A stretch of 64,000 nt of DNA. It comes from a bacterium (GTDB lineage: Bacteria; Patescibacteriota; Minisyncoccia; Phycocordibacterales; UBA6899). The DNA lies in the NCBI GenBank assembly GCA_043756865.1, contig JAYUQG010000025.1:921-64920 (forward strand), in the 5' to 3' direction. The notes under the pieces are model-generated. The model was not told the DNA's origin. It did no database searches and saw only the letters and a list, made by a program, of their open reading frames with translations. The first letter of the stretch is position 1; each line of letters starts with the position of its first letter. Below, in pieces: positions 1-9,901 of the stretch. The translations under genes and the position numbers were made by a program.

Positions 1-157
1 CGCAATCAAATAATCCGCTCAACAGAGCGGTTTTTACTGCCCGTTTGTACACATTTGCATTTTACTCTCGTCACAGTAGTTTATTTTTGACAGTTTTTGG
101 ATAACATTGTATTTTTTATAAAGAGTTCTCATTCTATACATAAGAAAGAGGTCGCAA

Positions 158-757
158 ATGCGTTTATATAAGTTACTCGCGGATGCCATCGCAGGTATGG
201 TGCGGTATTTTAAGGGTTTACCCTCGGCCAACGACCAACCTGATGAAGTTCACAAAGCAGAAACTACTGGGGATGTGAGGAAAATTACCCCTGTGACCTT
301 GGGTGATCTCGTTTTTGGAGATATATACATCCACATAGTGGTGCAAACAGACCTTACGCTGCGCGAAGAAGAGTTCACGCCGACCGGCAGAGTTCGCAAA
401 AAGCGCGACAAGTACACACCTGACCTCCTCGTCATCGACACTTTTGACCCCACCACGGGCAAACACGGGGTACGTTTTGTCGATGAGTTAGGGTTACTGC
501 CCCTAACGCGCACCAATCTGCATCGAGTCTTCCGCGCTTCAGATGAAGCACGCGGCACACTGGAGGGCATAGTGCGCCACCAAGAAATACATGAGTACAT
601 CAACCTCATTGTCGCAACACTCACTGATACCGAAGAAACAAGATTGTCTGTTGACGGACTTTTTGAATCCCTGTGTGAGAAAGATGAAACAGCAGGAGAA
701 GCCTACGACCGTCATTTTGACGACCTCGAGGATGACGAGGGCAAAACGAAGCCATAA
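158..757 (+). CDS. hypothetical protein
   Basis: 199-aa ORF with acidic C-terminus, followed by a terminator; no family recognised. Confidence 0.7.
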   Translation: MRLYKLLADAIAGMVRYFKGLPSANDQPDEVHKAETTGDVRKITPVTLGDLVFGDIYIHIVVQTDLTLREEEFTPTGRVRKKRDKYTPDLLVIDTFDPTTGKHGVRFVDELGLLPLTRTNLHRVFRASDEARGTLEGIVRHQEIHEYINLIVATLTDTEETRLSVDGLFESLCEKDETAGEAYDRHFDDLEDDEGKTKP

Positions 758-759
758 CA

Positions 760-785
760 CAAAAAGACCGAAGGGGTCTTTTTTA
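760..785. terminator. bidirectional intrinsic terminator
   Basis: AAAAAGACC-gaag-GGGTCTTTTTT hairpin between convergent genes. Confidence 0.65.
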
Positions 786-798
786 TATATGTTTCAGT

Positions 799-1302
799 TT
801 ACTTTTTTACTTTAGAATTCCTGCGCTTGTACCCCCAGTAACCGTACAGCGAGAGCAGTATAAGCACATTTGGAATGAAAATGGCGGGGTGTGACCAGCT
901 CGTGCCCGGAAATCGATAATCGAATAGTGGCCATAGAAATGGAGTCGGAAAAAAAGACAAGCTGTGTGTAAAAATATCGAGCAGTATATGAAAGAGCCAT
1001 CCAAGCATTTCCCACATCGGTTTGCCGCGCAGCAGCCACACGAGCGCAAAGGCAAAGAGAAACACAACAAGACTGTGCGTCACGTTATATGCGGAATGCA
1101 CATACTGAGGAATAAGCGCGGGGTCGACAGGTCCTACGCCCCAGTCAGGACCCGAGGCATACCCGAGCCACACTACGGCAGAAAAGATGCCGAACGAAAA
1201 GAGGTCGGGGGCAATTCCAAAGAAAAAAGCTGTCCAATAGCTTTTTTTACTCTTGCGTCCCACCAATACACCGCCATAGAGTCCGTGAGAAATGATATCC
1301 AT
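799..1302 (-). CDS. YdjM-like membrane-bound metal-dependent hydrolase
   Basis: MDxxSH, APDL, THS and HILLD motifs with hydrophobic segments. Confidence 0.8.
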   Translation of the reverse strand: MDIISHGLYGGVLVGRKSKKSYWTAFFFGIAPDLFSFGIFSAVVWLGYASGPDWGVGPVDPALIPQYVHSAYNVTHSLVVFLFAFALVWLLRGKPMWEMLGWLFHILLDIFTHSLSFFPTPFLWPLFDYRFPGTSWSHPAIFIPNVLILLSLYGYWGYKRRNSKVKK

Positions 1303-1398
1303 ATACTCATTCTAAGGCGGAACGAGTCGGAAATGAAGATGTGCGTTGTTTTCAGGCGATATTGACTTATTTCCTAACTTGGTTATAGTAAATACATC

Positions 1399-1488
1399 AT
1401 GGTTACCGCACCACGAATAAGAAAGAGCTGGGCAATTATGGCTTTTTTTATGCTTCTCCAAACAAGAAGTGCGGTTGCCGTTGTATAA
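1399..1488 (+). CDS. putative 29-aa leader peptide MVTAPRIRKSWAIMAFFMLLQTRSAVAVV
   Basis: ATG1399-TAA1488 translated by hand; its 3' end is complementary to the downstream terminator arm. Confidence 0.5.
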   Translation: MVTAPRIRKSWAIMAFFMLLQTRSAVAVV

Positions 1489-1542
1489 ATTCCATTCGTT
1501 ATCAACAACAAAGGCCACCGCACAAGCGGTGGTTCTTTGTTT
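1469..1542 (+). promoter_or_regulatory. putative transcription attenuator (antiterminator/terminator)
   Basis: Terminator CCACCGC-acaa-GCGGTGG-TTCTTTGTTT; alternative pairing of GTGCGGTTGCC (1469-1479) with GGCCACCGCAC (1513-1523). Confidence 0.55.
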
Positions 1543-1641
1543 CTGATAGCTTCTTGGAGCATCTCGGGATACATATGCCGATATGCTCCAGGAAAGCCCT
1601 GGCCAGTTCTTTGATTTTTCAACACAAAAAAGGAGTTTGCT

Positions 1642-3045
1642 ATGACAGCAACAGCGGCAATGCCACAAAAGCCAAAACATATCCTTGACCAACACATCGC
1701 CCAAACGGCGGAAGTTGCGCTTGGTGCAGTGACCATGCGCGAGCACATCCAGTCTGTGAGCGGTCCATTCGGTGCCATTCTGAGCTACCAAGTCCGCTAC
1801 CCGAAAAAGGTGCTACGTGCACTGGAAATACTCTACGCAGAATACAATCGGGCATTCACCCCGCTCGTCGAAGCAAACAGAGAATGGGAGAGCGATTATC
1901 GCTTCTGTGTTTCGCCTAGCGGTGCCCCACTCAATCGATGGACGCAAATCGACATGGTCGGATTGCCACAGCAGTTTCTTGACGAAATTGACCGTTTTAG
2001 CGATGACGAGATTCTTGAAATACTGCGCGAGCGGACATTTGAAATCGAGAATTCACTTGCAATGTACCAGTTGCTTGAGCGCATCTTCAGCAATGCGGAA
2101 GGATTCTCGCAATTCGACTACTGCTTCCGCAGCTCTCTACGCGACGTACGCAAACAGCTGGGACGTCCCGTTGCACTGCTTGCAGTGACGCAGGAGAAGT
2201 ATCTCGACATGCGGGAAAAAGAGTTCGGCAAGCGCGATGGTGAAACACTCACCGACCTCGAAGTGCACGAACTTTCGGGTTTTGATAGGTTTTTTGGTCC
2301 CGAAGAATTCGCTGCGTACATTCACTCAAACGGGGGCATCTGCGCGTACGCACTGTATGTCCGTTCCTCTCATCCTATCGACAAACTCCGAAAGCCGGAA
2401 AACGAGATTGCGCATCCACTACTTGCCGATGCAGATATGCGTCGCATCATCAAGGCAAACTCGCTCACCTTGAATATCGATGCGCCGGAAATGGAGCCCG
2501 AGCGCAGGATTAACGACACGAAAGAATACATGCCAAGAATGGGCATGGGTTACCGCGTGAACGGCCAGTCAGACATTCTCACGCCAGAGTTCGAGGAACA
2601 TCTTGCCAGAGGAAAGACGTACGCTTCCTACGAAGGACAACGCCTCGCACACACATTCGCTGCGTATCTCGAAACACAGGGTATCGATCCGCAACAGGCG
2701 AGCGAAGGGGCGCTGACACTCCGCACAAAGCCGATGAAGGAAACTTACGGCTGCTACGGACACCTCACCGGAGAGTTGAGCGACAAGCGGTTCAGAAATC
2801 AGCTACGCACAAATATCCGCAAGCGTGGGTCCTACGTACTGCAACCTGAAATGTGGATTCCGAAAATCAGAAATACCACTACGGACGAAGAGTACTACTT
2901 CATTGACCGTAACTTCTTCTACACTGACGGCGAGCGTTTCTGTTTTATGGGCGGACTGCGATCGCTCATGCCTGCAGATTCGACCGAAGCGCAAAAGGGT
3001 CGCAATCACGGCAACAACTCCACTGTTTGTGTTGAAATCATTTAA
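1642..3045 (+). CDS. putative circularly permuted ATP-grasp (GspS-like) amide ligase
   Basis: Motif order QIDM..FEIEN..NDTK..TKPxxxxYGCYG..YVLQP..IDRNF..GG resembles CP-ATP-grasp ligases; AAGGAG RBS. Confidence 0.5.
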   Translation: MTATAAMPQKPKHILDQHIAQTAEVALGAVTMREHIQSVSGPFGAILSYQVRYPKKVLRALEILYAEYNRAFTPLVEANREWESDYRFCVSPSGAPLNRWTQIDMVGLPQQFLDEIDRFSDDEILEILRERTFEIENSLAMYQLLERIFSNAEGFSQFDYCFRSSLRDVRKQLGRPVALLAVTQEKYLDMREKEFGKRDGETLTDLEVHELSGFDRFFGPEEFAAYIHSNGGICAYALYVRSSHPIDKLRKPENEIAHPLLADADMRRIIKANSLTLNIDAPEMEPERRINDTKEYMPRMGMGYRVNGQSDILTPEFEEHLARGKTYASYEGQRLAHTFAAYLETQGIDPQQASEGALTLRTKPMKETYGCYGHLTGELSDKRFRNQLRTNIRKRGSYVLQPEMWIPKIRNTTTDEEYYFIDRNFFYTDGERFCFMGGLRSLMPADSTEAQKGRNHGNNSTVCVEII

Positions 3046-3071
3046 CAGCACAGTGCACCTGTGTTAAGTTT

Positions 3072-3100
3072 AACCGTGTACAGTTGTACACGGTTTTTTT
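3072..3100 (+). terminator. intrinsic terminator
   Basis: AACCGTGTACA-gt-TGTACACGGTT followed by a T run. Confidence 0.65.
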
Positions 3101-3111
3101 ATCTTACTATC

Positions 3112-4185
3112 ATGCAAGACGACATCCTTTCGCTCACAAAAAAATTTGTTGCAATACAATCAAACCCTGACAACACTGTCGCGCTCCAAAAAATACTCGC
3201 ACTTGCTTTGTCGCACCTCAAGGGTTATACAGTAGAGCATTTTACGCACAAGGGTGTGCACAGCGCACTTATCTACAACACACCAAAACGTCCAAAGAAA
3301 TTTACCGTGCTACTGAACGGCCACCTCGACGTCATACCTGGTAAAAAAGAGCAGTATGCCCCGCGCATACAAGGCAAACGACTTTATGGAGTGGGCGCAA
3401 TGGACATGAAAGCCAACGTCTCATGTCTTATTTATGCATTCAAAGCAGTCGCAAATAAAGTAGATTATCCGCTTGCACTCCAGCTGGTGACCGACGAAGA
3501 GGTGGGGGGATTTTACGGAACAAAATACCAGATTGAAAAAGGAGTGCGCGCGGACTTTGTGATTGCAGGAGAGCCAACAAACTTCGACATCGTCAACCGC
3601 GCAAAAGGAGTACTATGGTTGCGCATCACCGCAAAAGGCAAAACCGCACACGGCGCATACCCATGGAGAGGTGGGAATGCGATTTGGCATATGCATGAGT
3701 TTCTTGCTGCCCTTAAATTACAGTATCCGACCCCGAAAAAACAGGAGTGGGTGACCACGGTGAATCTCAGCTCGATCAATAGCGCCAACACTACATTTAA
3801 TAAAATCCCTGATGACTGTGTCGCTCTGCTGGATATCCGCTACATACCTGAAGATGCAAAAAGCATCTTACGAAACATACGCACCTTGCTGCCGAAGCAA
3901 CTTAAGCTCGAAGTCATCGCAAATGAACCTGCTCTTTCCACGGCTTCTACAAACAAGCACATTGCGCTTCTCGAGCGCATCGGTGGTCAGGTAATCAAGA
4001 AAAAAATTATACTACGGGGTGCACAAGGCTCATCGGACGCACGACACTATAAACGTGTAGGATGTGCGGGTATTGAATTCGGTCCGATTGGTGCTGGGAT
4101 TGGTAGTGACAATGAGTGGGTGGACATACCCAGTCTACTTAAGTATGAGAAAATCATTCGAGATTTCTTGCTTGCAGTGAAATAA
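3112..4185 (+). CDS. M20 family metallopeptidase (ArgE/DapE-like)
   Basis: NGHLDV, GxGAxDMK, DEEVGG, GEP and GKTAHG motifs; start moved to ATG3112. Confidence 0.85.
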   Translation: MQDDILSLTKKFVAIQSNPDNTVALQKILALALSHLKGYTVEHFTHKGVHSALIYNTPKRPKKFTVLLNGHLDVIPGKKEQYAPRIQGKRLYGVGAMDMKANVSCLIYAFKAVANKVDYPLALQLVTDEEVGGFYGTKYQIEKGVRADFVIAGEPTNFDIVNRAKGVLWLRITAKGKTAHGAYPWRGGNAIWHMHEFLAALKLQYPTPKKQEWVTTVNLSSINSANTTFNKIPDDCVALLDIRYIPEDAKSILRNIRTLLPKQLKLEVIANEPALSTASTNKHIALLERIGGQVIKKKIILRGAQGSSDARHYKRVGCAGIEFGPIGAGIGSDNEWVDIPSLLKYEKIIRDFLLAVK

Positions 4186-4264
4186 TCAACTCGCCCAACG
4201 CACCAGAAAAGAAACAAAATTGACAAATACCTTATAAAATGGTATTATTAAATAGTACCTTTAC

Positions 4265-4675
4265 ATGGGGGCTTCTATGAAACAGCTCGCTTCTATTGAC
4301 CTCGCAAGGCTCAAAAACGATGCCCACTGGATTGCCACGGTCGGTGCGAACTTCGCGGCACAGAACAAGAGTACGCTCCTCGTGGATATCGCATCCCAGC
4401 TCGGCGGTAAGGACTGCCGCATGCGCGCCCGAATGCACGGCATTGCACTCCCCACCTCGATTGCGACCCGTCGTGGTACGCTCCCCGGCTTTCCGCACAT
4501 GCGCTTTCGCTGGCAAAACATCGGTAGCGAATGCTGCGGCGGACTCGAGCTGTCTGGAGAATGCACGAAACAGCAGCTGCTCGCACTACTGCGCAGCATG
4601 TACGCACGGGGATTTTCCCCCGGCACCGACGATCTCATGATTTTCTTTCACGAGCCCAGCTCGCAGAATGCGTAG
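4265..4675 (+). CDS. hypothetical protein
   Basis: TTGACA promoter upstream and a hairpin immediately downstream. Confidence 0.55.
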   Translation: MGASMKQLASIDLARLKNDAHWIATVGANFAAQNKSTLLVDIASQLGGKDCRMRARMHGIALPTSIATRRGTLPGFPHMRFRWQNIGSECCGGLELSGECTKQQLLALLRSMYARGFSPGTDDLMIFFHEPSSQNA

Positions 4676-4726
4676 CTCACCACACCCGCCTCTGGCGGGT
4701 GCTCTTTTTAAAGCGGAAGATTTTTA

Positions 4727-5314
4727 TTAACGCAGCGCCACGCCGAGTATGTCGGCAATCTCATCCCATCGGGATACGCGCACGTACGGTTTCGGTTCGA
4801 GGAATAGTCCGCGCGGATCATACAGGACACGATGAGGAACCGACTCCATAATTTGGAGAATGTTTGGCTCGTCATCAAAAAAATGCGTCACTCCCAATGC
4901 TTTTGCATGGTGGTGCTTCCCTTCTGCATTTCCCGCAAAGAATGTGTTCTCGGGTGTAAAACATGTTCCCCACAACCCACGCTCTTCAAGAAGGTGCGTT
5001 GCATGCATTGGATTTTTTTGGAGTGACACTAAGAAATACGGTATCCCCGCCTCACGCACAGCGGCTAATGTATTAAATGCCCCCTCCATGAGCGGCGCCT
5101 CAAGGGCCTCAGGGCTTGATTCATAGAGTTGGCCCTTAATTTCACGATAGAGTTCGGGAGGAAAGTAGGAGCCCATTACTTCGGAGTGCGTCTGTTCGGA
5201 AGTGAGCACAACTCCATACCGCGCGGCAAAGCGTATCTTATTTTGTGTATGGTCAATAATAACCCCATCAAGGTCAAAACCGACAACGCATCCCAGTTCG
5301 TCACTCGCTTGCAT
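4727..5314 (-). CDS. HAD-superfamily phosphatase (5'-nucleotidase-like)
   Basis: GFDLDGV motif I, motif III Lys, FFDD motif IV. Confidence 0.8.
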   Translation of the reverse strand: MQASDELGCVVGFDLDGVIIDHTQNKIRFAARYGVVLTSEQTHSEVMGSYFPPELYREIKGQLYESSPEALEAPLMEGAFNTLAAVREAGIPYFLVSLQKNPMHATHLLEERGLWGTCFTPENTFFAGNAEGKHHHAKALGVTHFFDDEPNILQIMESVPHRVLYDPRGLFLEPKPYVRVSRWDEIADILGVALR

Positions 5315-5355
5315 TCCTACTCATCATAGCAAAGGGAATGCTAGCAGAAAGTGAC

Positions 5356-5952
5356 TTATGCACTCTTTGGGATAAGCACGTCCTGTATCATACCCCAGTC
5401 GTGCATTCGCGGAAATTCAGCCTCATCATCAAATAAATGAAATGAATCTACGAGAAAACGCGAGGAAATATCCGGCATGGCGCGCAACACTCTGCGTTCG
5501 TCATCAAAAAAGTGTGTTACTCCTTCGCGCACACCAACAACGTTTTTTGCCTCGGGACTTTCTACAAAAAAAGTATTTTGCGGAGTAAAAAGGTCTCCCC
5601 AAAGTCCACGCGCCGTAAGCAGTGCAATTGCATGCTCAGGGTTACGTCGACGAGATATGAGCACAAACGGAATTGCACGCTCTCGGAGCATGACAAGGGT
5701 TTCACGTGCACCCCGCAGTAGTGGTGCAGACAACGCAATCCCCGTCCCGTCATAGAGCTGGTTCTGGAGTTCGAGGTAGTCTGACCGCTCCATATGCCGA
5801 GGAAGAATTTCGGAATGTGTCTGGTTCGGTGTGAGAGCCACACCAAACGAACGTGCGAGAGCAATCTTATTATCCGTATGGTCAATAATGACGCCGTCTA
5901 AGTCGAATCCGACAACACGGGAGTTTTCTTGTACAGTCTGGGCGGGTGGCAT
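5356..5952 (-). CDS. HAD-superfamily phosphatase, tandem paralog
   Basis: GFDLDGVIIDHT and VTHFFDDE shared with the neighbouring gene. Confidence 0.8.
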   Translation of the reverse strand: MPPAQTVQENSRVVGFDLDGVIIDHTDNKIALARSFGVALTPNQTHSEILPRHMERSDYLELQNQLYDGTGIALSAPLLRGARETLVMLRERAIPFVLISRRRNPEHAIALLTARGLWGDLFTPQNTFFVESPEAKNVVGVREGVTHFFDDERRVLRAMPDISSRFLVDSFHLFDDEAEFPRMHDWGMIQDVLIPKSA

Positions 5953-6005
5953 AATTTACGTATAGTAACATACAGCACCGTACATTCAGTAAAAGGAGAG
6001 TCTGC

Positions 6006-6746
6006 ATGACTCCAAGTGAAACCGACTCTGAGCGCGCACGTTTTATCTTGAACGAAACGCATGCATACCTGCGTACTGACCTGCGCCACGGACACGACTT
6101 TCTCAAGCCACCCTTCATTGTTGAATTCTTTGGGAATCCTGATTCCGGCAAATCAAGCGCCATCAAAAGCGCTTACACGTATTTCCGGCGTCACGGTTTC
6201 CACATCAAGAAGCCACTCGAAGGCGCTGAGGAAATCAGTGACGACATTCCGCGTAGCTCGCCCGAATTTAACGTCGCCACGGGCGTCTACGTCGTGGACC
6301 TGCTGATGCATCTGCATCACTTGCACAAGCATGACATTGTGATTTTCGACCGTGGCATCTTTGATGCATACGGACAAATGGCACGCTGGAACAAAAAGGG
6401 GAAACTAAGCGACAGTGAGATGCAGATGTACCAGAGCTTCTTCACGTCACAATTCTTCGCGCCACGCATGACGCTTGGCATCGCAATGATTTGCGACCCT
6501 GACGTCGCCATGGGACGTGACCAGAAATCCTCGCGTACGAAGATTGTCGGCGAATCGACCAATCCTGATGCCATCAACAGCATGCGTGATGCGACGATAC
6601 AAACATATGAAGAACTGCGCGGACGCTTTCCGCTTGCACTCATCGACACGTCACACATGACACTCGAAGAAGTCGCAGACAAGGTGAACGGGCTCATGCT
6701 TGAGCAGTTTCTGGAACAAGCGCGCGCATCCAAGAAGCGCAAATAA
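6006..6746 (+). CDS. thymidylate/deoxynucleotide kinase-like P-loop protein
   Basis: VEFFGNPDSGKS Walker A and IFDRG motif. Confidence 0.7.
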   Translation: MTPSETDSERARFILNETHAYLRTDLRHGHDFLKPPFIVEFFGNPDSGKSSAIKSAYTYFRRHGFHIKKPLEGAEEISDDIPRSSPEFNVATGVYVVDLLMHLHHLHKHDIVIFDRGIFDAYGQMARWNKKGKLSDSEMQMYQSFFTSQFFAPRMTLGIAMICDPDVAMGRDQKSSRTKIVGESTNPDAINSMRDATIQTYEELRGRFPLALIDTSHMTLEEVADKVNGLMLEQFLEQARASKKRK

Positions 6747-6878
6747 CAACAAACGGCATACACGCGTAAAGTGAAACGGGAAATTACCTTGAGGACACTC
6801 GACACAGCAGTCGACATGCGAAATAGACTGGTAACATAAAACAGCGCAAATGCGCTGTTTTTCATTACTTGTTCTTGA

Positions 6879-7346
6879 TTACGGGAACGCCTTTGTTCGC
6901 TCTCGGCGATCAACGGACTCGATAAGTGAGCGCAACTCTCCTTGCGTGTTTCCAAATACACCACCTCCGCAGGTACGTCTCACCGTTGAGCTTTTTCCAC
7001 CCACGAGTATGCCGGCAAAGTTACCTCTTGCACACACTCCCCAGTCAGCGTTCCCGACAATTGCCCGTGCAAGCACTGCGTCGAGTGACTCTCCGTACAG
7101 GTACACGCCTTTTCCAGAAACACCAGCAAGGCCTGCAGCCAGTCCGCGTATTCGGTCTTTCGTTTGTTTTGCTGACTCCACATAGAAGCGCTGTGACACC
7201 GCGAGACTGGCAATTTCCTCCTTGTCTAATAGTACAAGCGCTTGATTCAGCTCGTCATCGGAAGCCACAAATGTGACTGCTGTTGCACCTGCGTACATGG
7301 GCGCAAGCAACGCGAGTATAAGTAGAAAAGTTTTACCTAAAGACAC
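6879..7346 (-). CDS. secreted hypothetical protein
   Basis: N-terminal signal-peptide-like segment; GAGGAG RBS. Confidence 0.6.
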   Translation of the reverse strand: MSLGKTFLLILALLAPMYAGATAVTFVASDDELNQALVLLDKEEIASLAVSQRFYVESAKQTKDRIRGLAAGLAGVSGKGVYLYGESLDAVLARAIVGNADWGVCARGNFAGILVGGKSSTVRRTCGGGVFGNTQGELRSLIESVDRRERTKAFP

Positions 7347-7409
7347 CGTATCTCCTCTGTGGTGAATCTCTGTACCATGCTACCAATACACGGCAAAAAA
7401 ACAATACGA

Positions 7410-8138
7410 TTAAAGTCTCTTGAGCTCCCCTTCAATTTCCAGTACTTCCTGCTCTTTGAACATGATGTCCTTTCGCAAACGTGCGAGCTCCATCGTTTTA
7501 TGCTCAAGTTCGCGTTCTTTGCGTTCGCGCTCCTGTCGTAGACGCTGAATTTCAAGGCCTTTATCGTGCACATGGTGACCCTCAGTCTGGGCACCAAAGT
7601 GTTCAAGTTCGTATTGTCGACGGAAGTCCTCTTTCTTCTTCGTTGCGTCCCGTGTCTCTTCCTTGATTTCGGCAATCTTGCGCTCCTTTTCCTCGACTTC
7701 TTTTTTCAGTACTTCAATTTCGTGCTCGAGCTTCAGCGTGTCCTCGCCACGACGACGCAGCTCCTGCTCTTTCTCGCGCATTCCCCCTTCCGCCACACGG
7801 GTCTGGCCCATGTCTTTCTTTTGCAAAATCTCTAGTGAATGAAATTCCTGTTCAACACGCTTGATGTCCATTTCGGAGTGATGCAACTGATCATTGATGT
7901 GGGTTATTTCACGTTCAATTTCGGCCACCTGACGACCGCGGTCATTCACATCGAGCTTGCGGATACGCAGTCGATTCTCGAGATGGGCGCGTGTTTGTGT
8001 TTTGTGAATTTGGTCTGCACGGTCGGCTTCTGCGCGGCGTGATTGGGTTGCTTGATCACCCGCCGTGCCCGCTCCATGTGACATTCCCGAAAATTGGTCT
8101 GGTGGCATATAAAATATAATAACATAAAAGCCCCTCAT
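7410..8138 (-). CDS. coiled-coil hypothetical protein
   Basis: E/K/R/Q-rich heptad pattern; true start may be slightly downstream. Confidence 0.7.
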   Translation of the reverse strand: MRGFYVIIFYMPPDQFSGMSHGAGTAGDQATQSRRAEADRADQIHKTQTRAHLENRLRIRKLDVNDRGRQVAEIEREITHINDQLHHSEMDIKRVEQEFHSLEILQKKDMGQTRVAEGGMREKEQELRRRGEDTLKLEHEIEVLKKEVEEKERKIAEIKEETRDATKKKEDFRRQYELEHFGAQTEGHHVHDKGLEIQRLRQERERKERELEHKTMELARLRKDIMFKEQEVLEIEGELKRL

Positions 8139-8719
8139 GGGGCTTGGGGGTCTTTGTGCACAGCGATTCTCACTGAAACTGCATAGGCGACATGCTTTTC
8201 TTTTGAATCAGGAGGCTCGCCCCGCAACACCGTGCGGACTTTTTCTGGGTGTAGGTCACTCGCTTTTCCTGTATACGGATTGAATAAGGCAAACATGTGG
8301 GAATCGTCATCAATCGCCCAGATAAGTAGCTGACCCACGGGACGCTCCGCAAATGACAGCGTATCTAAATCTGAAAGTATCGCCTGTCGAATTGATACCA
8401 GCTCAGTTACGGACGGCAGCTTCCACGCATCGCTCAAATCCTCGTTCCACAAATCTTCAAGAAGATCAAAAAGTGAAGGGCGTTTTTGTATTTGACCGCT
8501 CGCATCGCGGAGCGCGTGCACCGCATCTACTGCCGAAAGTACGGTGTGCACTCCGTGAATGCGCCTGAATACTACCTCTTTTGGTGTATCTTGGTATTTG
8601 CGACGACGTCGCATGCGTCTCGGAAATGAAAATACAAAATATCCAATCTGAAATAACTTATATGGTAGTGCGGCAAAGAAATAAAAAATCGCTTTGCCAA
8701 TAGATGACGGTTGGTCCAT
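8135..8719 (-). CDS. membrane-anchored hypothetical protein
   Basis: N-terminal hydrophobic segment followed by an Arg cluster. Confidence 0.6.
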   Translation of the reverse strand: MDQPSSIGKAIFYFFAALPYKLFQIGYFVFSFPRRMRRRRKYQDTPKEVVFRRIHGVHTVLSAVDAVHALRDASGQIQKRPSLFDLLEDLWNEDLSDAWKLPSVTELVSIRQAILSDLDTLSFAERPVGQLLIWAIDDDSHMFALFNPYTGKASDLHPEKVRTVLRGEPPDSKEKHVAYAVSVRIAVHKDPQAP

Positions 8720-8965
8720 CGCACGGCCTTAACGTTCGAGTCTAATGTATAGCTTCATCCTTTCTTGCGCTGGTGTCAAACTACTGACTTTCCGGAATTT
8801 CCTTAACAAGAACAAACATGATCACTTTTGTTTCCTGCGCAGTCATGGAGCGCAAAATACCTTGAGGCGTAACAGGATTACGGTGAAAAGGTATTTTGCG
8901 GGAAGGACAAGCAGGAGACAAAAGTGGCGTGTTTTTCGTTAAGGCAATTCAGGAAGGTCAGTAAA

Positions 8966-9532
8966 TTAGAATCGCATAACCTGATGGTGCAGCTGTGAAA
9001 GTGCGCGCTCTTCCACGCTTATCCCCTCGCGCATATCTTCAATCTCTCCCCGCAGACTGGCTTTTTGTGATTCAAGTTCTTTGATTTCTGCCAGTGCGCG
9101 CTCCGTCGAAAAACCGTTGTCCGCCTCTTCTTTGGGAATATCCTTTGTGAGAATGGGAATGGGCGCCACGACAAGAGGGACTTCTTCTGCTCCATCGGGA
9201 AGCACTCCTGCAATTGCTGCTTTACGATATTTCATTTTTTCTTCATACTCGAGTCGTTCACGAATGATGCGTATACTCATATCAAGCGCGTGTAGTGCGG
9301 TCTCTTTGTGTCGCATCTTGCCGTGTAGCTCACCGACAATGAGGGAGCGCTTGCGCATGTCTAATTCCATCGCGCGGTGTCGGTCATCTTCTTGTTTCGC
9401 GAGTCCGTCGTAAAAAGCACGGTCTTCCTTTCCACGTGTCTCGCTCGCAACACGCGCATCATTGGCCTGCTGCATTTCGAGTTCTTCTTGCGCCTCGTCC
9501 GCAGCGTCTTGGTCTATATAATCATCGTCCAT
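8966..9532 (-). CDS. coiled-coil hypothetical protein
   Basis: Acidic, heptad-rich 188-aa ORF. Confidence 0.65.
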   Translation of the reverse strand: MDDDYIDQDAADEAQEELEMQQANDARVASETRGKEDRAFYDGLAKQEDDRHRAMELDMRKRSLIVGELHGKMRHKETALHALDMSIRIIRERLEYEEKMKYRKAAIAGVLPDGAEEVPLVVAPIPILTKDIPKEEADNGFSTERALAEIKELESQKASLRGEIEDMREGISVEERALSQLHHQVMRF

Positions 9533-9598
9533 TTCTTAAGTATAACAAAATACCGCCATGAGGCGGTATTTGTTCCCTATACACCGTTATGCTCTTGG

Positions 9599-9859
9599 CT
9601 ACAGTAGCGGTGACTGGGCTGCGGCGGCGATTCGCGCATCATCTTCCTGTGTCTGAATGACGGAAATTTCGCTCTGTGCACGCTCAAGCGCGTCAAGATG
9701 CTCGCGCATGTCCATGTCATCTTCTTCTGATTCTAAGGTCATTCCGGACGCCTGCATCGCATCTCGTCCACGGCGTTTTTCGATTATGGCGTTATTGCGA
9801 TACGCAATTTCTTCCTCAAGCTCCGCACGAGTTTTTGGTTTTTGTTCGGTGGGTTCCAT
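9599..9859 (-). CDS. small acidic helical hypothetical protein
   Basis: 86-aa ORF co-oriented with neighbours. Confidence 0.55.
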   Translation of the reverse strand: MEPTEQKPKTRAELEEEIAYRNNAIIEKRRGRDAMQASGMTLESEEDDMDMREHLDALERAQSEISVIQTQEDDARIAAAAQSPLL

Positions 9860-9901
9860 GCAACAAGTATACCGAGATAGCAGTCGGGGTCAAACAACTA
9901 A

